NCBI GenBank assembly: GCA_044070495.1
Contig: JBIPSI010000005.1
Span: forward strand, 115,565 to 179,564
Source: Spirulina sp.
GTDB lineage: Bacteria > Cyanobacteriota > Cyanobacteriia > Phormidesmidales > Phormidesmidaceae
Direction: 5' to 3'
Length of the DNA stretch: 64,000 nt
The notes under the pieces: model-generated
The model's input: only the letters and a program-made list of their open reading frames with translations
Databases searched by the model: none
Told to the model about the DNA's origin: nothing
Made by a program: the position numbers and the translations under genes
Shown here: in pieces, positions 28,407 to 36,583 of the stretch
Layout of the letters: each line of letters opens with the position of its first letter
How positions within the stretch are numbered: the first letter of the stretch is position 1

Positions 28407-31400
28407 GTGCTCACCCCCTCCATTTATAAAGTTGGCGGTTGCCTCCAGGCCGAGGCCAGTACCTATGTGGTGCGCCAGGCCGATGAGGATCTGCTGGCGG
28501 CGTTGGCTGCCAGGGAATTTTGCTATGTGTTTAGCGCTCGGCAGATGGGCAAATCTTCCCTGCTGGTGCGGATTAAGGATCAGATTCAGCGGGATGGGGG
28601 CCGCTGTGCCTACCTGGATATGACCCGCCTGGGCAGCAACGGCCTCACCCAGGCCCAGTGGTATACCGGGGTGGGGGTGAGCCTGTTGCAAAGCCTGAAC
28701 GTGCTGGGGCAGGTAGATTTTTTGGCCTGGTGGCAGGCGCGGGAGAGCCTGCCCTTGGTGCAGCGCCTCAATCAGTTAATGGATGAGGTGGTGCTGCCCG
28801 CTACGGCGGATGATCCGGTCTATATCTTTATCGACGAAATCGATGGGCTGCTGAGCCTCGACTTTTCCACCGACGACTTCTTTGCCTGGATGCGGTCGTG
28901 CTACAACCTACGCGCCCACGACCCGCGCTACCGTCGCCTCACCTTTGCCCTATTTGGCGTGGCCACCCCCGCCGACCTCATCGCCGACAAGCAGCGCACC
29001 CCCTTCAACATTGGCCAAGCGATTTCCCTGGAGGGCTTTACCCTGGCCGAAAGTGCGCCCCTGCAACAGGGGCTAGAGGGGCTGGTGGATTGCCCCCAGG
29101 CGGTGCTGAAGGCCATTTTGGATTGGACGGGGGGACAGCCCTTTTTAACCCAAAAGCTGTGCCAGATTGCGGCGAAAAATGCCCAGCTATCGGAGACGGT
29201 GCCCCTGGCGCTCTCCCCCGGCATGGCTGATTTTTGGGTGGAGGGGTTGGTGAAAACGGCGCTGCTAGATCATTGGGAAGCCCAGGATGAGCCGATTCAC
29301 CTGCGCACCATCCGCGACCATTTGTTTTGGCACCAAACCCGCACCGCCCGAATTTTGGGCCTGTATCAACAACTGCTGGAAGGGGAAACGGTGCCCTCCG
29401 ACGATAGCCGCGAACAGAGCGATCTGCTGTTGTCGGGGCTGGTGGTGCGGCGGGGTAACCATCTGGCGATTAAAAACCGCATCTACCGAGAGGTTTTCAC
29501 CCTCGACTGGGTGAGCCGCCAACTGCATCGGCTGCGCCCCTACGCCAGCGCCCTAGAAGGGTGGGTGGCCTCGAATCGCCAGGATTCCACCTACCTGCTC
29601 CAGGGCCAAATCCTGCTGGAGGCCGAAGCCTGGGCGCGGGACAAAAGCCTCAGCGATATCGATTACCAGTTCCTCGCCGCCAGCCAGGATGCCGAACGCC
29701 AGCGCATTCAGCAGCAACTCAACGCCAAGGCCGAGAGTGAGCGGTTTTTTCGGCAACTGGCGGAAGCGGTGCCGCAGATGGTGTGGATTGTGGAACCGGA
29801 CGGCAGCCTGTCCTACACCAACCGCCAGGGGAGCGACTTTTCGGGGATTTCCCAGGACGGATTGCAGGAAATTCAGCGCCTAGAGGTGATTCACCCAGAG
29901 GATCGGCAAACCAGTCTAACGGCTTGGGAGCAGGCCTTTGCCACGGGCAACCCCTACGAAGTGGAGCTGCGCCTGCAAGATGCCAACGGCCAGTACCGCT
30001 GGTTTTTGAACCGGGCTGTGCCCATTCGCGATGGGGCGGGGCAGGTGGTGAAGTGGTTTGGCACCAGTACCGATCTGGATGAGGTCAAACGCAGCGAAGC
30101 GGCCAAGCGCCTGAAGGAACGGTTTCGGCTTCAGCGGTGGCTGCTGGGGGCGGTGAGTGCGGGGTTGGCCATCGCCACGGGCCTGGGTCTCTATGCCTTT
30201 GCCCAGCGCCACCAGGCCACCCTGAGGGAAATTGAGGCCATTGCTAGCCTCTCCGAAGCCCAGTTTGCCTCTGGCAACCGCCTAGATGCCCTGGTGACGG
30301 CACTCCAGGCCCAAACCCGGCTCGATAAACTGCGGCGGGTACCCGATGAACTGGCGGCCTTGACTGATCGCGAACTGCGCCGCGCCACCTTTCAAGCGTT
30401 GGAATGGAACCGCTTTGATGGCCACCTGGGCCGCGTGCGTGGCCTAGCGGTCAGCCCCAGCGGCGACCGGATCGCTGCCACCTACCAAAAAGAGGCCACC
30501 CTACTCTGGGGCATGGATGGCACCCTGATCGCCCGTCTTCCCGGTGCCGCCCGCGATGCCGCCTTTAGCCCCGTTCGCGGAGCGTCTCCAGAGGAGAACG
30601 GCCACACCCTGGCCACCGCTGGCGATGACGGCACCGTCTATCTCTGGGATCGAGAGGGCCAGCCCGTGGCCGCTCTGAAGGGCCACCAAAAAGCCGTCAA
30701 GGCCGTTGTCTTTAGCCCCGACGGGCAGCAGATTGCCTCCGCTGGTAGCGATAACCTGATCAAACTCTGGAGCCGGGAGGGCCAGATCATCCGCACCCTG
30801 TCTGGCCATCGCGGCACTATTTGGGACTTAGACTTCAGTCCAGATGGGCAGCAACTCGCCTCCGCCAGCGACGACAACACCGTTAGGGTGTGGAATCTTG
30901 ATGGCACTCTGATTCGCAGATTGCAGAACCCCGTCCCTTCCACCGAAGGCGAAAACCGACTGCAAAGCGTGGCCTTTAGCCCAGACGGGCAAACCCTGGT
31001 GGCGGGAGACTCCTACGGCAATATCCTCTGGTGGAACGCCGACGGTACGCTGCAAGCCGTGACCTCCGAGCATCGCAAGATGGTCGGTCGCCTCGTCTTC
31101 AGCCCCGACGGACAAACCCTGGCCTCCGGCAGTTGGGATAACACTATTAAACTCTGGAACCGCGATGGCACCGTCCTCCGCACCATGACGGCCCACCCCA
31201 GCGGCACCCTGGCCCTAGCCTTTAGCCCCAACGGTCAACGGCTCATTTCCGGCGGCGAAGACGATCTGGTGCGAATCTGGCAGCTTGATTCCCTGATGCT
31301 CACCATCCTGCGGGGCCATCGCGCCTCGGTATGGGATGTGGGGATTGCCCCAGACGGCGACTCCATCGTGTCCTCCAGTTCCGACGGCACCGTCAAACTC

Positions 31401-32372
31401 TGGAACCGGGAGGGCCAACTTCAGCGCACCATCCCCCTCGACCAAGGGGAAATTTGGGCGGTGGAGATCAGCCCCGATCAGCAAACCCTAGCCGCCGTCA
31501 GCAACGCGGGCATCCTCACCCTCTGGGCCATGGATGGTAAGCCCTTGCGCTCGATCAACGCCCACGACGATACCGCCTTTGATGTCGCCTTTAGCCCCGA
31601 CAATCGCGCCATCGCCACCGTCGGCTGGGACGGACAGATCAAGCTCTGGCGACCCGATGGCACCTTGATACAGTCGTTGCAAAGACGCCCAGAGGCCGAC
31701 AGATTGCAAGGTGCCAACTCATCAGCGGCCAATTCACCCCAGGACTCCCTAAAAAACCGCCTAAATGCCGTTACCTTTAGCCCAGACGGCCAGTGGCTAG
31801 CGGTGGCGGGCCTAGACGAAGTGATTCACCTCTGGCGGCGCAATGAAACCGGAACCTTTACCCCGCACTCCCATCCGGTGATCTCTGGACACAGCGATAC
31901 CATTTGGGACGTGGCCTTTAGCCCCGACAGCACCCTCATCGCCAGCGCCAGCGAAGACATGACGATCAAACTCTGGTCGCTGGAGGGCACCCTAATTCGC
32001 ACCTTTGAAGGACATACCGACCGCGTCAACGCCGTCACCTTCATCCCTCTCAACTCCGGCCTGCCCGCCGACTGGGGCACCGTCATTGCCTCCGCCAGTT
32101 GGGATAAATCCCTCAAACTCTGGTCGCTAGACGGCCCCCTGCGCCTCACCCTCGAAGGCCACGAAGAACGCGCCCTAGACGTGAATTTCCACCCTGACAC
32201 CAGCACCCACGGCCCCCTACTCGCCTCGGCTGGGCTGGATAATATGGTTATTCTCTGGCCCCTGGATCGCGTGGTAGAACAACCGCAAATCCTCAGCTAC
32301 GGCTGCCAATGGGTGCGCGAGCACTTGCAAAACACCCCCCAAAATGACGCTCAGGCGCTGTGCAAAGACTAA
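28407..32372 (+). CDS. AAA_35 NTPase - PAS - transmembrane helix - WD40 repeat protein (start uncertain; ORF open from 28368)
   Basis: YVVRQAD, SARQMGKSS, IFIDEID, TPFNIG, WTGGQPFLTQK; PAS/PAC IHPED...YRWFL.RAVP.RD..G.VVKWFGT.TD; TM WLLGAVSAGLAIATGLGLYAF; roughly 13-14 GH...FSPDG...W repeats. Confidence 0.9.
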   Translation: MLTPSIYKVGGCLQAEASTYVVRQADEDLLAALAAREFCYVFSARQMGKSSLLVRIKDQIQRDGGRCAYLDMTRLGSNGLTQAQWYTGVGVSLLQSLNVLGQVDFLAWWQARESLPLVQRLNQLMDEVVLPATADDPVYIFIDEIDGLLSLDFSTDDFFAWMRSCYNLRAHDPRYRRLTFALFGVATPADLIADKQRTPFNIGQAISLEGFTLAESAPLQQGLEGLVDCPQAVLKAILDWTGGQPFLTQKLCQIAAKNAQLSETVPLALSPGMADFWVEGLVKTALLDHWEAQDEPIHLRTIRDHLFWHQTRTARILGLYQQLLEGETVPSDDSREQSDLLLSGLVVRRGNHLAIKNRIYREVFTLDWVSRQLHRLRPYASALEGWVASNRQDSTYLLQGQILLEAEAWARDKSLSDIDYQFLAASQDAERQRIQQQLNAKAESERFFRQLAEAVPQMVWIVEPDGSLSYTNRQGSDFSGISQDGLQEIQRLEVIHPEDRQTSLTAWEQAFATGNPYEVELRLQDANGQYRWFLNRAVPIRDGAGQVVKWFGTSTDLDEVKRSEAAKRLKERFRLQRWLLGAVSAGLAIATGLGLYAFAQRHQATLREIEAIASLSEAQFASGNRLDALVTALQAQTRLDKLRRVPDELAALTDRELRRATFQALEWNRFDGHLGRVRGLAVSPSGDRIAATYQKEATLLWGMDGTLIARLPGAARDAAFSPVRGASPEENGHTLATAGDDGTVYLWDREGQPVAALKGHQKAVKAVVFSPDGQQIASAGSDNLIKLWSREGQIIRTLSGHRGTIWDLDFSPDGQQLASASDDNTVRVWNLDGTLIRRLQNPVPSTEGENRLQSVAFSPDGQTLVAGDSYGNILWWNADGTLQAVTSEHRKMVGRLVFSPDGQTLASGSWDNTIKLWNRDGTVLRTMTAHPSGTLALAFSPNGQRLISGGEDDLVRIWQLDSLMLTILRGHRASVWDVGIAPDGDSIVSSSSDGTVKLWNREGQLQRTIPLDQGEIWAVEISPDQQTLAAVSNAGILTLWAMDGKPLRSINAHDDTAFDVAFSPDNRAIATVGWDGQIKLWRPDGTLIQSLQRRPEADRLQGANSSAANSPQDSLKNRLNAVTFSPDGQWLAVAGLDEVIHLWRRNETGTFTPHSHPVISGHSDTIWDVAFSPDSTLIASASEDMTIKLWSLEGTLIRTFEGHTDRVNAVTFIPLNSGLPADWGTVIASASWDKSLKLWSLDGPLRLTLEGHEERALDVNFHPDTSTHGPLLASAGLDNMVILWPLDRVVEQPQILSYGCQWVREHLQNTPQNDAQALCKD
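30573..30596 (+). repeat. 24-nt in-frame small dispersed repeat-like insertion inside a WD40 repeat
   Basis: gttcgcggagcgtctccagaggag interrupts the FSP-NG motif; contains a TCTCC/GGAGA hairpin. Confidence 0.6.
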
Positions 32373-32494
32373 GGCTTGGCAGCGCAGAGACAATAGGCAA
32401 TGGTGCGCAGGGCAGGCAGTTCGTTGAAGATTCCGATGCTCAACCGCTTCAGGCTCTTTTTTGTCCCTCTTTGACCTTGCGTGAATAATCCAGG

Positions 32495-33685
32495 CTAGAG
32501 CGTGACGGGCGATTCCACATAAATCGTTGGGTCTTGCAGGGTAAACTCAATACCATATTCCAAAAGCTGGCTGGCGATGTTGTCATTGGCCAACTCCAGC
32601 AGGCGCTTGCGGAGTTCGATGGAATTTTCGCTGGAACCGAGGATAAAAAAGGTAACGCGAGCCCGTTCGGTCCTGGACTGGCTCTGATTTGCGGCTACGG
32701 AATCCTTCTGGGAACGGTCTTTACCACCACCGCTGGACGCACCGTGGCGAGGTGAGTCGCGGGAAAACTCCGCTAGGCCAGGAAAGCTGATTTGGGTGCT
32801 GCCCGGATCGATACCAAACAGGGAATTGGTGCTACGCGTGACCACCTGGCGCACCAGGGCGGCATCCTCCTCGGTGAGGGGCTTGAGAAAGTCCATGTAC
32901 AGCATCACCATCACCTTCTTGGCGCGGCTGACATTTTCAATTTCCTCGTTCACCAGCTTGGAGTTGGGCACGATGATCAGCGTGCTTTTGGCGGCGGTGC
33001 GTAGTTTGGTGGAGCGCAGCCCAATCGACTCGACTCGGCAAAGCTGGCGATCCCCCTGGCGAATGTATTCCCCTGGCACAAAGGGCCGATCCAGGTACAG
33101 CACCAGGGTACTGAGCAGTTGTTCCAGGATTTTTTGGGCCGCTAAGCCCAGGGCAATGCCGCTAATGCCCAGGCTGGCAATTAGCCCCACCAGGTTAAAC
33201 CGCTGGCTTTGGGCAAAGGCCAACAGGGCCACAAAGCCGATGATCACGTTGGCCAGGGTTTCAAACACGAGCAGGAGTTCATCCACTTCGCGGCCCAGGC
33301 GGCGCACGAGGGCGATGCCATAGCTGCGAACAAACTGCCGAAACAGGCGCGAGGTCAACCAGGCCACACTGACAATGGTGGCCAAATCCACCAGGGGCCG
33401 AAAAAATCCGTACAGATTGGGTGAAGCCGCCTCTAGCCACACCATCGACAGCGACACCAGCAGCAGCGTGCCAGCGGTTTTGACCGTGCCCTTAATCGGC
33501 AAAATCAGATTGTTGTAGGCCACCATGCCCTGCTGGGACGATAGCCGCCGCAAAATTAGCCCCAACAGCCCTGGACTATAGCGCCCAATCAGAATCGACA
33601 GCAGCAGCGCCACCAAAAAAATGGCAATCGGCGGCAGCGTCAACAGTTGGACATCAACGAAATCGAGCAATTCTTGGGGAGACAC
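32495..33685 (-). CDS. MscS family mechanosensitive channel
   Basis: LIASLGISGIALGLAAQKILEQ, DRPF..GEYI, VESIGLRSTK, VPNS. Confidence 0.92.
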   Translation of the reverse strand: MSPQELLDFVDVQLLTLPPIAIFLVALLLSILIGRYSPGLLGLILRRLSSQQGMVAYNNLILPIKGTVKTAGTLLLVSLSMVWLEAASPNLYGFFRPLVDLATIVSVAWLTSRLFRQFVRSYGIALVRRLGREVDELLLVFETLANVIIGFVALLAFAQSQRFNLVGLIASLGISGIALGLAAQKILEQLLSTLVLYLDRPFVPGEYIRQGDRQLCRVESIGLRSTKLRTAAKSTLIIVPNSKLVNEEIENVSRAKKVMVMLYMDFLKPLTEEDAALVRQVVTRSTNSLFGIDPGSTQISFPGLAEFSRDSPRHGASSGGGKDRSQKDSVAANQSQSRTERARVTFFILGSSENSIELRKRLLELANDNIASQLLEYGIEFTLQDPTIYVESPVTL

Positions 33686-33770
33686 GGGACGGAGGATATG
33701 GGTGGAGTCGTAGCGGGGTCGAGATCAGAGGTAGGTCAGGGTCGGGACTAGCGGCGTGAATAGCGGGGGG

Positions 33771-34904
33771 CTAGACGGTGATGGGGGAGTCTACATAGAC
33801 CGTGGGTTCTTCGATGTCGAAGGCGATGCCGTATTGCTTCAGGCGAGCGGTGAGCTGTTGGTTGGCAATGGCTAGGAGCTGCCGCCGAATGGTCATGGCA
33901 CTATCGCCGGAACCCAGGATAAAGAAGGTGATTTGGGCCTGGGTAAGCTGGCTTTGATCCAGGTCACGAAACACAATGTCGGTACTGCGGGGGTCGATGC
34001 CAGAGAGATCCTGGGTGCTTTCTAAAATCACCTGGCGAATCAGGGCTTGCTCCTCTGGGGTGACAGATCGGTAGAGATTGAGGTAGGTGATGGCCATCAC
34101 CTTTTTAGCACCGGAAAAATTCTCCACGGTGGATTGAATAATCACGTTGTTGGGCACAATCGCCACCGTCCCCTTGCCCGCCACCCGAATTTTGGTAGAC
34201 CGTAGGCCAATCGCCTCGACTCTGCCAAAGGTGCCATCGGGCAGGCCAATGTAGTCATCAATATCAAAGGGGCGATCAATATAAATCACCAGCCCGCCCA
34301 GCAGTTGTTCCAGCACTTTTTGGGCCGCAAAGGCCACAGCAATGCCGCCAACGCCCAGGCTAGCGACCAGGCCAACAATGTTGATCTGGTGGGTTTCGGC
34401 AAAGACCACCACCAGGATCATCACAATGCCCAAGTTGGCCAACACCCGGGCCAGCACCAGCACCTCACCGTTGGTTTTGCGTCCAATATTCAGGGCGGCA
34501 TCCAACAGGTAGGTATTGAAATAGGCCTGAAAGCTACGCGCCAAAAACCAGCCCAGCGCCAGAGTGAAGGCCAGGGTCAGCGGCACCTCCAGATAGACAT
34601 ACCAGCGCACCTGCAAATCACGGGCCAGAACAAGGTAGGCCACGCCATCCAGCAACCCCAGCACCCACACCCACTGCAACGCATCCTGCTGAGGCTGAAT
34701 CACCAACCGATAAAACTGATCGGCCTTACCCGCCGTCAGCCGTCGCACCGCCCAATTTACCAGGCGGGCCACCGCATTCCCCGATAGGTACGCCAGGGCC
34801 GCTATCAACCCTAGCAGCCCTAGCCAAAACAGGGTGGGATGCTCGCCGGAGAGGCGAAAGATTTGGGTATACAGATCAGACATGAAGGGAGAGAACAAGG
34901 CCAA
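33771..34904 (-). CDS. MscS family mechanosensitive channel (tandem paralogue)
   Basis: LVASLGVGGIAVAFAAQKVLEQ, DRPF.IDDYI, GRVEAIGLRSTKIR, VPNN. Confidence 0.92.
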   Translation of the reverse strand: MALFSPFMSDLYTQIFRLSGEHPTLFWLGLLGLIAALAYLSGNAVARLVNWAVRRLTAGKADQFYRLVIQPQQDALQWVWVLGLLDGVAYLVLARDLQVRWYVYLEVPLTLAFTLALGWFLARSFQAYFNTYLLDAALNIGRKTNGEVLVLARVLANLGIVMILVVVFAETHQINIVGLVASLGVGGIAVAFAAQKVLEQLLGGLVIYIDRPFDIDDYIGLPDGTFGRVEAIGLRSTKIRVAGKGTVAIVPNNVIIQSTVENFSGAKKVMAITYLNLYRSVTPEEQALIRQVILESTQDLSGIDPRSTDIVFRDLDQSQLTQAQITFFILGSGDSAMTIRRQLLAIANQQLTARLKQYGIAFDIEEPTVYVDSPITV

Positions 34905-35246
34905 TCTCCCGTGGGAAAGGGGGGCATCTCATAGGGCGTTAGTCCCAGCGTTTAGTCGCAACGTTAGCCCCAAACCCAAAGGCAAATCTAGGGTAAACCA
35001 TTCCACGCCGTCCTTCATCTGTCCTGGGAAAGACCGATGCCCTGGGAAAGCTGCGAAGGTCTTAGGGTAGCGGCCCTTCAATCGCTACCATCAATGCAAA
35101 CCCCGCTTTAAAGGGGTCATTATGTGGCACTCTGGGAAATGACTGTAATGGCGTTGTGTAACCCGGTTAGGGGTCGTCCGGCGGGCGATTTGGCTAACCT
35201 GGTGTTCCTGCCCCGGCAACCCCCTGGCAACCCTAGAGCAAAGGCT

Positions 35247-36476
35247 ATGCAAACTCTTCCCAATCCTGTTTCCCAGGCTTCGACGAATCCTGCCTTTGAT
35301 CCCTTCGATACCACCATCCACCGTCGCAAGACCCGCCCGGTGCCCGTGGGTAGCGTCACCATTGGCGGGGGCCATCCCGTGGTGGTGCAGTCCATGATTA
35401 ACGAAGACACCCTGGATATTAAGGGTTCCGCCGCCGCCATTCGCCGTCTGCACGAAATTGGCTGCGAGATTGTCCGGGTCACGGTGCCCAGCATGGCCCA
35501 CGCCAAGGCCCTGGCCGACATTCGCAAAATCCTGGAAGACACCTACCAGCCCGTGCCCCTGGTGGCCGATGTGCATCACAACGGCATGAAAATCGCCCTG
35601 GAAGTGGCCAAGCACGTTGATAAGGTACGCATCAACCCCGGCCTCTACGTGTTTGAAAAGCCCCAGGCCGACCGCACCGGATATACCCAGGAAGAATTCG
35701 ACGACATCGGCCACAAAATCCGCGATACCCTCAAGCCTCTGGTGGAATCCCTCCGCGACCAGGGCAAATCCATGCGGATTGGCGTTAACCATGGCTCCCT
35801 GGCCGAGCGGATGCTGTTCACCTACGGCGACACCCCCGAAGGCATGGTGGAATCGGCCCTGGAATTTCTCCACATCTGCGAATCTTTGGACTTCCGCAAC
35901 CTGGTGATTTCCATGAAAGCCTCGCGGGTGCCCGTGATGCTGGCCGCCTACCGCCTAATGGCCAAGCGCATGGACGACCTCGGCATGGACTACCCCCTGC
36001 ACCTGGGCGTGACCGAAGCCGGGGATGGCGAGTATGGTCGGATCAAATCCACCGCTGGCATTGCCACCCTCCTGGCCGAAGGTATCGGCGACACCATCCG
36101 CGTGTCCCTCACCGAAGCACCGGAGAAAGAAATCCCCGTCTGCTACAGCATTTTGCAGGCGCTGGGTCTCCGCAAAACCATGGTGGAATACGTCGCCTGT
36201 CCCTCCTGCGGGCGCACCCTGTTTAACCTGGAAGAAGTCCTCCACAAAGTGCGGGAAGCCACCAACCACCTGACCGGGTTAGACATTGCGGTGATGGGCT
36301 GCATCGTCAATGGCCCCGGCGAAATGGCCGACGCCGACTATGGCTATGTAGGCAAAACTCCGGGCTACATCTCCCTCTACCGGGGCCGCGACGAAATCAA
36401 AAAAGTGCCCGAAGACCAAGGCGTGGAAGAACTGATCAACCTGATTAAGTCCGATGGTCGCTGGGTAGACCCCTAG
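35247..36476 (+). CDS. ispG: (E)-4-hydroxy-3-methylbut-2-enyl-diphosphate synthase
   Basis: [50 protein letters not shown]. Confidence 0.98.
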   Translation: MQTLPNPVSQASTNPAFDPFDTTIHRRKTRPVPVGSVTIGGGHPVVVQSMINEDTLDIKGSAAAIRRLHEIGCEIVRVTVPSMAHAKALADIRKILEDTYQPVPLVADVHHNGMKIALEVAKHVDKVRINPGLYVFEKPQADRTGYTQEEFDDIGHKIRDTLKPLVESLRDQGKSMRIGVNHGSLAERMLFTYGDTPEGMVESALEFLHICESLDFRNLVISMKASRVPVMLAAYRLMAKRMDDLGMDYPLHLGVTEAGDGEYGRIKSTAGIATLLAEGIGDTIRVSLTEAPEKEIPVCYSILQALGLRKTMVEYVACPSCGRTLFNLEEVLHKVREATNHLTGLDIAVMGCIVNGPGEMADADYGYVGKTPGYISLYRGRDEIKKVPEDQGVEELINLIKSDGRWVDP

Positions 36477-36526
36477 GTTTTCTCGGGTAGCCACGAATAA
36501 GAGGTGTATCCGAGGGCGGTGACCAA

Positions 36527-36555
36527 GGGGCGGAGGTTATTGCCCCCGCCCTGTT
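36527..36555. terminator. Probable hairpin terminator between convergent ispG and bcsA
   Basis: ggggcggagg-ttattg-cccccgccc stem followed by tgttt. Confidence 0.45.
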
Positions 36556-36583
36556 TCGTCATGCGCCCCTGCCTGGGGAAGAC

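Noticed and set aside
35091..35873. Long antisense ORFs (e.g. opposite ispG; also 38123-38911, 10419-11141, 19569-20270, 23042-23674, 7885-8526)
   Set aside because: Shadow frames of well-supported genes in GC-rich DNA
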